A DNA stretch of 64,000 bases from Azolla caroliniana (Eukaryota; Plantae; Polypodiophyta), in contig JBHGNT010000013.1 of NCBI GenBank assembly GCA_043228905.1, positions 7,192,001 through 7,256,000 of the forward strand, given 5' to 3'. The first letter of the stretch is position 1, and each line of letters opens with the position of its first letter. The position numbers and the translations under genes were made by a program. Positions 1-12,078 of this stretch are shown here, piece by piece. The notes beneath the pieces were generated by a model. That model did no database searches. It was not told where the DNA came from and saw only the letters and a program-made list of their open reading frames with translations.

Positions 1-430
1 CTTCACATATGGCGGCGGTGCTATATCATGGAGTCGAAGCTTCAAGAGTGCACGACCCTATCTACCATACAGGCTGAGTACATAGCAGCATCGGAGGCAG
101 CGAAGGAAACAATCTAGTTGCACCATCTATCTGCCGACTTCTCAGCTACAAGTCGAATAGACCAACCAACGCCGACCATCCATTACGACTTACAGAGCTC
201 AATACACCTGACCAACCATCCTGTCTAGCATGGAAAGACAAAGCATATTGAGGTGCAATATCATCACATCCGGGAGCTCATAACCAAGAGGAAGCTCGAA
301 GTCCGGAAGATCAACACCGAGGTGAACATCGCCGATTGCTTGCCAAAGCCACTCCTAGATCAACGATTCAAAGCATTAAGGATAAAGATGGGACTACAAC
401 AAGAGACCAAGCAGAAGAAGGCCAAATGAG
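1..430 (+). pseudogene. Ty1/copia RNase H 3' end, decayed
   Basis: Translates to FTYGGGAISW...AEYIAASEA...KHIEVQYHHIRE with frameshifts and stops; homologous to 24196-24700. Confidence 0.85.
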
Positions 431-559
431 AAGCAAGGGGTAAGTTGAACCAATTGACTCAGATAAGTCAATCTGTCTAACTAGCCGAACCAGGCCAAGG
501 GACAGGCTTCAAGGGAGTATCCACGGGATAAGACAACAAACTCCGACGTGGGAAACATT

Positions 560-3050
560 TGAAGAAGCACTAGAGACCACGTTCGCCATCGAGGACTCCT
601 CCAAGCCAACGCGGAGGGGATTCGAAGATTGGGTGGAAACGCTAGACAAGGGGTTGAAGTTCCTTGATGTGTTTTTGGCATTCGAAAGTCAGTTCAGGAG
701 GTTGTCCGCGAGAGATCAAGCTATCCTCGCACCGGACAAAGTGATCATGTTCTTACAAGCCATGGATGTCCGGGACCAGAAAGATCTTGAAATGCTTCTA
801 GAGGACACCACTACTAAGAGTGGCCTCACCAATACATGGGAAAACGTGCAGGATATCGTCGCGTGATACAAAAAGAGAGGGCAGTGGCTTGGTAGTGAAG
901 AAAAGAGGGGTTCGGAACCAATTCTGAAACCAAGATCTAGATTGGAAGACCATCAATCGTGGGCTCGGGAGACTACGACCAAGAAGGGAATCGATGCAAC
1001 CACGGTGGAGCAGTTGCTAAAGGAGATGGAGAACTTGAACATCGCGATGGTAAAGAAGTCGGATGACCGTCCCACAAGTTCCAAGTATATGGATCGTCGA
1101 TGAATATGGTGCAATAACACCAAACATGATCGGAGGGATTGCGACGAGCACAAGGAGGCACTACGACGGGACCTTATCTACTACGAGGGAAATCGGATTC
1201 ATTCGATGGACTCTCGGAAGCCACTCTGATAGAACTTCCGAAAAGGTGGCATGAAGAAGGTCCTAGAGGAGGCAATAGTGGCGAAAAGCAATTATGCGAC
1301 AACAGCAGGGATATGTGTGGGTGAGTCATCTAGAGCAAAAGCATCTTTTTGGCCCGAAGTGTTAGAAAAGCCCGAGAAAACTAACTCTAATGAGATCTGA
1401 AGCACCACGTAAGGCATTTGAGAAGCTAAGGGATGGGAGTGGCCCGTCGATAAGAATAGCATGTACACCCTATGCCAATTACATGAGATGTATGTAGATG
1501 AGAAACGACGGCGCACAGATGATGCGGCCGGACCATCAAAGACGCCGGAGAGCTGGAACTCCGAAGGGAAGGGGAAAGGAAAACAAATTCCAGCATTGAG
1601 ACTCGCTTCAGACACCGAGCAACGGACGGACTTAAAAACGGTGTTCAAGGAGAGAATCCTCGATAGCTGGGTAGATTTTTCGCTTCGGGAATTACTCGGA
1701 ATAGCGAAGGAGTTCCTCGATCTTCTTGTGGATCTCGTAAAGAGAAAAAGACAAAATACGGAGGAAAATGCTCCAAGGGTGAATGAAAATACCATTCTAA
1801 TGATTGACACCGAAGTGGAGAATGAAATTCCAAACTCCCACTACAGAAGGCCCTACTGGGCACGCGCAATTGCGAAGACTCTGGTCCGAATCGGAAACAT
1901 CAACGAGCTCGTACTAGCATTGATTGATTACGGATCGGAGTTCAATTAAATGTCCAAGGAGTTCTACCAGAAGGGGAAGTGGCCTATTAATACTAATCAT
2001 GGGTGGAAGATCTGGGCAGCCACTAAAGTAACGGAAGATTTATTTGTGGCTTGCCTAGATGTGACGGTCAAGATCGGAGATGTGGAGATTGACCAAAATT
2101 TCTTCATGCAAGATGAGGTCTCACACTCCATGATCCTCAGGCCACCCCTTATCACAGGTTCATGGATGGAGACAAAGGTGCTCGATAGCGGAGCGGCTTT
2201 TGCCCAAATTCGGAGCCAAAGCGGAGGGAAAACCGTCCAATTCCTAACCGTGCCATCAAATCACGAAAGGAACAAGAGAGAGGTCTTGTCCCAAACAAAA
2301 ATGGATTTTTAAAGCGGACTGTTATGGAGTGGTGAAGTAATAGTCCAAGAAGCCCTGATACCCCACATAGGAAGAAAATTCTTGGAGCAAAACAAGTACG
2401 AATCGGTTCGGATGGAGCATCTACGTACAAGGCCGTAATCAGAGTAATGAAGAAAGAAATCCAAAATGTGCAAGATGAGTTACAATCTGCATCAATAATA
2501 AAAGAAATCGTGGGAGTAGTCAAAGAAGTGTTCTACGGGAGCATGCTACAACGGCTTGAAGAGCTAATAGAAGAGAATAGGTAGGGAGACTGGGTAGTTC
2601 CAGTGGAATCGGTCGAGATGTATGAGATCATTGCGAAAATGGGGCCGGATGTGCTCCGCAAAGAAGAAGCAATGGTATGTACGAAATATAAGACCGTGGA
2701 CCACTACCCGCCGATAGCGAACAAAAGATGAAAGAAGTCTCGGGAGATCCGGCACATCGGAAGTCCGTGGATATTGGACATGCCTTCAGGGATGAGACCC
2801 GGAAGAAACTTCGGTGGAGGTGGGTTCTACTCACAAAATGAAGGAGAACCGTTTTGTGCGATGTTGGAGCAACATGGAAGAGCATTTGCATTCAAATCGA
2901 AAGAGATAGGGTGTGCTAACCCGAAGGTAGTGCAGCCGATGGTGATCTTCACAATTGATCATGTGTCGTGGAACCTGAAACCAATTCCGGTGCCACGAGC
3001 GCATATTCCAAAAATCATTGATTTGCTCAAGGGGAAGGTGGCGATGGGGA
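560..3050 (+). mobile_element. Ty3/gypsy (Phygy/Selgy-like) gag-protease-RT start fragment, decayed
   Basis: ORF pieces LALIDYGSEFN (protease) and PMVIFTIDHVSWNLKPIPVP (RT start); colinear with 32450-34290. Confidence 0.85.
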
Positions 3051-3501
3051 CTCGTCGTACAACCTCGAGGTTCTCATCTTCTTATTTTTCTTTTCTATCC
3101 ACTTCATCAAGGCATGTCGAGTCATCCTCAACAAATCTTCCGTCGTGAACTCCGCTAATATTTCTCTCTCGACCTCGGACCATGTTTTCTTGCCTTCTTC
3201 AAGCTTGATGATGCGTCTTTGGATGTTGTTGGAGACCACTCTCTTGAAACTTGTAATTTGACGTGCTTCAGACACGTCCCTTTGATTCATCTCCCTTTTG
3301 TATGCATTAAGGAACTTCGTAATGTTCCTTCCATCAAATTGACCCTCGACCTTCTCCACGTTCGCATCATTGTCCCGAGATCTTATCATTTGTTCGATGA
3401 TTAGCATCATCCTTTTGAACTCTCCCGCTTGATTACTTGAGGACGCCATCTCGAACTATCGGTTGATCCTCGACTTGATCCTTCCTACCACCACTTTCAT
3501 T

Positions 3502-3513
3502 TCGGGTTCACCA
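3502..3513 (-). promoter_or_regulatory. Primer-binding site TGGTGAACCCGA, complementary to the plant tRNA-Trp 3' end
   Basis: + strand tcgggttcacca matches the recalled plant tRNA-Trp end (...UCGGGUUCACCA); lies 8 nt inside the LTR boundary. Confidence 0.7.
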
Positions 3514-4035
3514 CTTAATTATGTCGTGAAAAATCCGTCACTACGTGCGGATTGTGAGGCAGAACCGTCAGGGTTTTGGACTGAAAAGATTCGAAGTTTG
3601 CACTAGCTTTAGCAAGAAAGTATTTAAGATAGATTGAAAGAGAGAGAGATTAAGATTGAACCCTTGACTTTAGATTTGAGGAACAAAATATCATCATCAA
3701 TTGGATAACGAATTTTTTTTTTCTTATTAAATTCTTTATTAATACCTAGCTCGTTTTTCTTCTTCATCCACTCTTTTATAGATGCCCCCATGCATATAAT
3801 GCATGTGAGGGTACAAGACATGCATACAATGCATCGAATGCATGTGATGCATGTTTTCCATTTGGCGCTCATGCATTACATGTGGTACATGATAAGCATA
3901 TCACTCATTCAAGCTTTAATATGAGATTTTACATGTGAAAATATAATGATAGAAAAAGCATTTCTAAAGAAATGACTTGTCTTAGTAGTAAGCTTACTGC
4001 CTCCTATCTTGGAGGTGCAAGGTTCAAGCCTTGCT

Positions 4036-4331
4036 TGCATCGCTGTGTATACAAATTTTTACTAGGTTTTTTAGTCTAGATGATTTTGTTCGTTTCACAT
4101 TGAAATCATCGCAATCAACCTATCCGATCGATCCGTCTATCCGGTCCATCTAGTTCACATCTAACCCGGTGATCCGTCCGATCTGCATCGCTGTGTATAC
4201 AAATTTTTACTAGGTTTTTTAGTCTAGATGATTTTGTTCGTTTCACACTGAAATCATCGCAATCAACCTATACGATCGATCCGTCTATCCGGTCCATCTA
4301 GTTCACATCTGACCCGGTGATCCATCCGATC
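4036..4331. repeat. 148-bp tandem duplication inside the LTR
   Basis: tgcatcgctgtgtatac... starts at 4036 and 4184; copies nearly identical. Confidence 0.9.
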
Positions 4332-4949
4332 TGGTCCCGATTCCGTCTGTCGCCGTCTGTTCCCGGTTCCAGTCCCGGTCCCGATTCCGTCGCCGTCTTT
4401 TCCTGGTTTTAGTCCTGATTCCGTCGTCGTCGTCGTCATCCAGTCTGGTTCCGGTTCTCCAGAACCATTTTGAACAACTTAATCGTATCCATTCATCCAA
4501 GTTATACAACCCAACCTTTTTGTGCTCCTAACACATAGATAGAATATAAAGAGTTATAGCTCTACTTATATACTCTTGAACCCTGCTGGTGTCCTATTTA
4601 TGTGGGATATCTCATAGTTTTGTTTACCTCTTCTTCTTCTCAAACTTTATACTCACATAACTTGACACTAAGTTGTCCATTTCACATGTAGTAAAATGCA
4701 TTCGGAAGCTCTTGAAGACATCTATCTTTTCATACCAAGATATAATATAAAATAATATCTTCACTATTACTGTTTCATATTGTGTGTGAAGAACCACACT
4801 CGATTTTGTACATTCCATGCAATTTTCACATCGTTGCCGAAAATCTTCATGACAACGTGATTGGCACTTAAAGATAACACAATATCTTCATCGAATCGGC
4901 TTTCAAATGTCGAAATCCGACAACTCCCTGTACATATGAAATGACTCTG

Positions 4950-6480
4950 AAAGCCTGATTATCATCATCCTATATTTGGATGATCTGGTCATTGGAGTTG
5001 AAGTCTAGTCGACATCAACAAGGTCAAGTCCCTCCTCCCCAACAAATTCAAGATGATGGACATGAAGGAGCTTCATTACCTCCTTGGCATCAAGGTAATT
5101 CAGACTCTAGTTGGCATTATGATCTCTCAACGGCACTACATCCTCAACTTGTTATACAAGTTCAGGATGACTAATTGCACATCTATGGCAACCCCTCTCG
5201 ATCGAAACCTCAAACTAGATGTCGACTCCGGCACAAAATAGTGCGAGCCGAATCAGTGTCGAAAACTGATCGGGAGCCTCATCTATCTCATGATCACTCG
5301 ACCTGACCATGAGACAAAAACCATGAGACATTCACTTGGATTGCGCTAAGTGAGTATTACGATATGTGAGCGGCACAATGGATTGTGGTATTCTCTACGA
5401 ATCAGCCACACCAATTCAATTCATAGGGTACACAGATATCGATTGGGCCGGCTATAGAGCCGATCAATGATCGACCTCCAAATTTGTTTTCTGCCTTCGT
5501 AACGGAGCGATTTCGAGGAGTAGCAAGAAGCAACCGACTATTGCACTTTCGAGCACAGAGGCCGAATACAGGGGTGTAGTCGTGGCTGCAGGTGAAGTTG
5601 TATGGCTCAAGAGGATTTTGAAGGATCTGGGCGTTCCCATCAAGGATCTGACTCCCCTTTACTGCGACAACATGAGCAGTATTTATCTGGCTAAGAACCC
5701 GATGTTCCACGCATGAACAAAGCATATTGAAGTGCATTATCACTTCATTTGAGAGCACGTACAGGTCGGAGATGTCCACCTTCAACACATCAGCACGAAT
5801 CTTCAGACATTTCACATCTTCACTAAGGCCCTAGGAGCTGACAAGCTTCGACAATTCATGTCAAACCTTGGATTGATGATCTCTGACTTGCCAAGCTTGA
5901 GGGGGAGTACAAGAGAGAACCGGATCTCGTCCGAACTGGGTACCAACCGAAGCAGACACTGGAGATCATCTAAACCGGAGGCTAGCCGAAGCAGACATCA
6001 ACTGAAAGGAACCGACTCGAGTTGAGCTTGAGGGGGCGTGTTAAGAATCAAGCTCAACCTAACATTGTGTGTGAACACACCCTTTGAGAATCTATGAGCA
6101 CTCAAAGGTCAAGTGTCACACCACTCTCTACACATTAACTATGTGTCATAGAATCATATTCTATGAAAGATAACTAATGAGTTCCATATTCCCCATGACT
6201 AATGAGCCTTCACATTCATCAAGGTTCTAGAGAGAGAGTGGACATTGTAGTGAGTTAATGAAGAGGGAGGGTGACCTTATATAAAGCACCCTCCTCCTAC
6301 TTCATAAAGTGTCGGTTGTGACTCCTTGTAATTCTACATTTTTGTATCTCATATTCTCCTTGTGAATATACACCTTCTTCTTGAGTATTCTATTTTCCAT
6401 TCTATCTAATCTATCTTGTGTTTTCTCTTCTCTCCTCTCTTTCCTCTCACACATACACAGAACACACATCTCTTTCACTG
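4950..6480 (+). mobile_element. Ty1/copia RT C-terminus/RNase H relic, PPT and 3' LTR starting at 6039 (LTR end uncertain)
   Basis: MKELHYLLGI, SKKQPTIALSSTEAEY, KHIEVHYHF; gagggggcg then TG at 6039; TATA-like tatataaag near 6278. Confidence 0.75.
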
Positions 6481-8675
6481 CACAAGAATCATATTCGATT
6501 CTTTACAAGGACATTCGGCGAAAATCGATGGGACTCACCAACGACGAGTTGGTAGAAGCCCATCACTCGACCGAGTCGATCGAGAGAACAAGCCGACAGA
6601 ACCGATCAAAACACTTGTCGATCGAGAAAGAGGGGAGATCAACTATGCTCCAAGTCGAGAAATAGTTGAGCAAGTGATTTCTGCACTCATTGCATAAAAG
6701 TCGATCACAACATTTCCGACTACTGGTCGATCAAGAGGAAAGAGAGCAGTCGGTGATTCGAGCGGAACCCAAGATGATCCAACTTGAACCGCTCTCCAGT
6801 CGCCAACCAACTCAATGTTGCTGATTCCCAATCAGGAGAAATCCTCTCTTTAGAGGATTGGATGGTCAAAGAAGTCCTCTACATGTGCACAACATGCACA
6901 CATGTGGTTATTTCATGTGACCCTAAACATCGAATGGTTTTCGAACTATTCGGCTAACGCCAGCAGCACTGCCTGACTTGGCAACGGGCAAGAGTGCATA
7001 ATAGTAGGGATCGGAGAGGTTCCCATTCGATTGTTGAAGGGCAACATGATCACCGTGCACCAAGTTCGGCATGTACTCAATCTAAAAAGGAGTCTAGTCT
7101 CCATCGGCATGCTAGCTGAAGACAGGTACATAACGACTCTCAATGAGTCGACATGGATGATCAACCGGGGAAATCTCAGAAAATGGAGTGGACACAAGTA
7201 CAATAACTTGTATCCAATAATGGTGATCAATCCAAGAGGGGTCGCGAACGTAGCCAAATAGACTGACCTAAACCTATGGCATGGCCGACTCGGTCATATG
7301 TCACAAGCCAGAAGACTGTTCCATACACACCCATGCAAAATGGAGTGATAGAACAGATCAATTGAACGATCTAGGAAAGGGTGACGACAATGCGCCAGCA
7401 AGGCAGACTAAAGCTTGAGTTCTAGGCTGAAGCGTTGCAAATGGCAGTTTACTTGATAAATCTATCACTGTCGAAAGCAATCAGCCTCGAAGTGCCACAT
7501 GTACTATGGTTAGGAAAATCACCGACCTACAATAGGCTCCGTATATTCAGACGCGAATCCTATGTATTCATGCCTAGGGAGAAAAGAACCAAGTTGGCTC
7601 CCCGTGCAATAAAATGCATATTTCTCGGTTATGGAACCAATGGGGAATTCGGCTACTGACTATGGGACCCAGAGAACTAGAAATTGATCTTGAGTAGTGA
7701 CATAGTCCTCAATGAAGACTCTATTCTCTTTTAGAGGAACCAACAGAAAATAGTTGGTAAAAAGGTATCCTTTGAAGGTGACAAAGATGTCGTAGAAGGA
7801 CTGACTCACTGGGCCAAATCGAAAGTTTGACAAATAGTCAATACCGACCAAGCAATCGACACCTTTGCCGACTTTGAATTGGCAAATGGTCCATTGGTTG
7901 ACACCGATTCTACTACGAAACTAACGAGAGGAGAGAGAGTCAAAAACATCATGTCTCCCACATAGACTAAGGCGTTGAAAGGCCGAGTCGAACCGGCCAA
8001 GACCCCACTCCCTTTATCAATCTATCCCAAAGAAGGGGAGGATGATTTGATATAATCACCAAAATCCTATCACAAGGGCAAATCATTCTAAAGGACTCCT
8101 GAAGATGGATTAAGTAATCCCAGTTAGCCAACCGAATTGACTAAAGAGGTTGAACCGACAAAATTGACACCTAGGGGATCCGGACAAGTCCGAAGGTTGA
8201 CAGAGTTTTATCAACCAGGCTTGGCCTATGTCAACTACATGGACGCAACGATTCGAGCTCCTATGAGGAAGCCATATTCCCGCTGAATCCCCACACATCG
8301 CTACAAGCCATGAGATCTGAGATGGACTCGATCCATCAGAACAATACATGGGAGTTGGTCGAACTACCTAGTGGAAGGAATCCGCTACCCTACAAATGGG
8401 TATTCAGATACAAAAATGTATCCAATTCGGAGAAACCCAAATACATAGCTCGGCTCATCGCAAAGGGATTCAAATAGCGACATGGGGTCAACTATGATGA
8501 TATATTCTCACTAGTAGTCAAGATGACCACCCTTCGGCTCCTACTTGGGGTCGTGGCGATAGCAAATCTAGAGCTCGAGCAGATGGACGTCAAGATGGCA
8601 TTCCTACACAGAGATCTGGAAGAAGACATCTACATGTCTCAACCGGAAGGCTCCACGGCGATGGGGAGGAGGAAG

Positions 8676-9116
8676 TGTTGCCTCTTAGGAAACACGGGCC
8701 GTGGTCAGTCCTTCGACCTAGACCCCAAGGTGGGTGTGGAACAACGAACAGAGCTTAATCATACTACGTAAGGAGAGAACCTCTGTGACTCCGCTGTGTG
8801 TAAAGGGAGACGGCTACAACCGATTCCTTCTCAAAAGTTGCGCTTACGTACTAATACGATTACGTATCCGAGACACTGACACTGAATTAGCCGTAGCTAT
8901 ACACAGAAACTCAGAGAAGATAGTATTCTATTATCAGGCGTTCTTTTTACAATTCCCAGAATTTACACACCTCCTTACGAGGTTTTCTGCCCTTTATATA
9001 TGTAGGGTCTAATTAGCCGTTCACGAGTACCCGCGTGAACCGTTACATACGTTACGCTTTATATAGTTTCTTTTTCCTACACTTTTGGCCGTCGGTTACT
9101 ATTCGGGCGGACAACA
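8676..9116 (-). repeat. Complete LTR (441 bp), 3' relative to gag-pol
   Basis: tgttg...caaca; minus-strand TATATAAAGGG; 8850-9116 matches 17313-17579. Confidence 0.9.
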
Positions 9117-9163
9117 CCTGGCACGCCTGTGGGACAGTGCCTTTGCACGTTGGACCCATCCCG

Positions 9164-11738
9164 TTAATTTTCTTCCAAAATGCCCCGGATGTTTGGCTCT
9201 ATTGTGGTGTCCTCGGCCGAAGTTGATGTAGGGCCCGTAGGAGCATCGTGGTGCGGCTCCTCTGCTTGGTCGGCCTGATTTCTCCCGGAGTCGCCTTCGC
9301 CGTGTGCGGTTGGTTCAGATACGGTGGGCTCTTCTTGAGTTCGTGGAGTGGGCTCCGCCGGTAGCGTGCTTGCTGTCAGCTGCTGCTCCGCCTCTATTGT
9401 TACGTCCTCCACGGTGTTGGCCATTTTTGTGTGTCCTTGGGCGTGGGGCGGGGATTTCGCCTGGTCCGCACTATTTTCCACATTTTCTGAAGATGGCGTG
9501 GGCTGGACCTTTTCTTGGTTAATTGTTTTGCTATCTGGTCTTGTGGGGAACTCCGCTCGTTCGTCCCCGCTATTCTCCTCCGTTGTCATCGCTGGTGATT
9601 GGTTCTGAGGTTCCTCTTCTTCGGCTGGGCCTGGAATTGGTGTCTCGTTGGGTTCCTCGTTTGTATGTGTGTTGCCGGTTTGTGTGATCTGGTGAAATAG
9701 CTCCTCCTGACTTTCACCAAAATCATCTAGGAGTTGTGCGAGTTCTTCGGAGTGTTGGTCTGCTAACGCGCGATAGTCTTGCGCTAGGTCCTCCCGTACG
9801 GTCGCAATGCTCTCCTCGTTTAGCTTATAAAACCGTCGGTCGTCTTTCCGCCGGTTCTCCCAGTCCGCACGATACGCGTGCAATTCCGCTGCTTGGGTTG
9901 CCCACGCCATCCATCCTTTGTCCAGTGCCGTTTTTAATTGCGCTGTGAACCTTTCCCGGTTGGTTTGGAGAAGGATGCACACGTTATCCGTGATGGCCTG
10001 GCAGCGGTTGCGTGCGTCTTCCATCGACTTCTGGAGATTTGCGATTTCCTGCTGTTTAACGGCTACCGCTTCCTCATACGTGGCCTTCACGCCCGCCCAC
10101 AGCTGGGATTCCTTTTCATGTTGTTTTTCTAATTTCCCCATCTAGTTTCTCTTCAAGCGTTTTTACGGCTTTTCGTCCGTTAGCCCGTATCTCCTTTTCT
10201 CTGTCGGAGGATTGGCGTAGCTCTGCTCGAAGGCGGTTAATTTCGGATTCCGCTAGCTGCACGACCCTTTTTGCTTTTGAGGCGATGGCGGTCTGAGCCT
10301 CGATTTCTTCTTTGAGGGTGTTGATAACGTGGTTCAGTGGCGGGGTTTCGTGTTGCGCCGTAGTCGTATGAGCTTCTAACTCGGCGATGCGTGTGTTGGC
10401 CTTTCGTAGTTCGGCTTCAGTCATTTTAACCTTCTTCCAGACATTCTTATTTTTTATGGCCATCTCCTTGGCGCCCGTGCTGACCTTTGCCAGTTCCCGA
10501 AGGACTTCGACTAGGGCCGTGTTTAAGGGTGGTATTTCCATCCCTACTCACCGTACCCCAGCGTTCCTCTGTCTGCCGACCCTGGCCAGCCGGTCCTCAT
10601 CGTCGCTCTCCGTTGTTTGTGTTAGGGCGCGCTCTATCATTTGTCGTTCTGCATGCTCTTCGGCCATGCATTGAGCGGTTTTGACTTGTTGTGCTACCAG
10701 GAACTCCATGAGCTCTAAAGAGGTCCTGAACTGCAAGAGGGCGCTGAATTCGTGGGACGTATCCGGAATATCCGGATATGCCAAAACCTCGCTTTCCGCT
10801 GTCAGTACGGCTTTCCCTCGCTGGGACTGAGTCGTAATAATCGGCCGCGGCTCCTAGATGATTTCGAAGGTGGTATTCGGCTCTGCTGTTGCGGGGCCTT
10901 CGCCTGCGGTTGGTGCCTCCGGATCTGTGGGGGCATTTTTTACCAACCCCTACCCATCCTTTCTGTCCAATCTGCGTTGTTTGGGTCTAGGGCTTTCCCC
11001 ACGTGCTTCGGTGGCTGGTTCTGGGGCTGCCTCCATGGGGTGTCTCGGTTGTTCCTCCTGTGTCGCCCGTATATCCGGTTGGTCAGTAGGAGGTGTTGTT
11101 CATGGGTCTGGTTGGGCCGGTTGGGGTTCCTCCTCCCATGTTGGGGCCGCTAACTCCGCTAACCTGCGTTTCGCAGAGCGGGGCGGGGCCATGGGTTGGC
11201 TGTTGGGCTGTGGTGCTGTTAGACCTCGGGGTGGAAATAGTACCGTAAGGTATTGTTGGATGATTGGCCGGAGCTTTTTGCCTGCTTGGTACGCATGCAA
11301 GACTTCCCGTAACGCCGGCCCTGTGATGACCCCCCAGTCGACTGTACGCCCCTCAAAGGTGTCGATAATGATGCCCGCCTTCTGTTTAGGCATTCCGTAA
11401 GCATTGACATGGACGCAGCCTACTTCCAGTAGGAACTTGGCCACTTCACGGAAGAAGGGATCCGGAATCTGTTTTGTTCTATAGGCTTTGGCGGAGGATG
11501 AGTATGGGCCAAAATTTCGCTGCAGCGCCTCTGTAGGAGGTATTTCGAAATGTCTTTCGCCTAGTGAAGATAGGTCTAACTTCTTCCGAATGGAAGAGTT
11601 TGTGACCGTGTCGATGTTAAGCCGCCTGGCGATGTCCATGGCGTCCGGGTGCGGAGATGCTTCTGCGACCCGAAGATAACCATCTAGGCGCTTCTCCACG
11701 AGCCATCGGCGTAGGGCAGTAGAGATGAAGATCGGCAT
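9164..11738 (-). pseudogene. Additional ORF downstream of integrase: N-terminal globular domain, Pro-rich linker, long coiled coil, acidic tail (~850 codons; stops and one frameshift)
   Basis: ORFs 11100-11924, 10548-10784 and 10116-10541 share one frame; 9164-10141 follows a frameshift; heptad-like E/K/A/L-rich sequence. Confidence 0.7.
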
Positions 11739-12078
11739 CGCCAGGGTAGGTTCGTGGGGAGGCAACGGGTAGTATTGGTGAGTTAGAGCTCTGAGATGTG
11801 ATGGGGAAGAAGGTGAGGAGGAGCGATGGGAGCATTGATAGCTAGACTCTGTATTTCTGCTTTGTGCAGAAAACCTTCTATTTCCTTCTTTTTGTGGCTT
11901 AGGGTTCCTTGGGCGGTGAGCCATCGTGGTGCCACTTGTTCTTGAACTAGGAGTTTGTGCATGCCTTTAGTCGTTTTAATAGTCGCTATCTTCTCTTTCT
12001 TTTTTCTTTTTCTTTTTTTTTTCCTAACGGTTAGTTACCCCCTATTTTTACATTATAGTACAATTGGGCCTGTCCCTT

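Larger units (their letters stand above)
3051..4854 (-). mobile_element. 5' end of a Phygy-like Ty3 element: 5' LTR 3522-4854, PBS, gag start (ATG 3449)
   Basis: LTR termini match the reverse complement of LTR 37066-38194; gag ORF 3027-3449 (FDGRNITKFL); outer flank ACGT 4855-4858. Confidence 0.85.
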
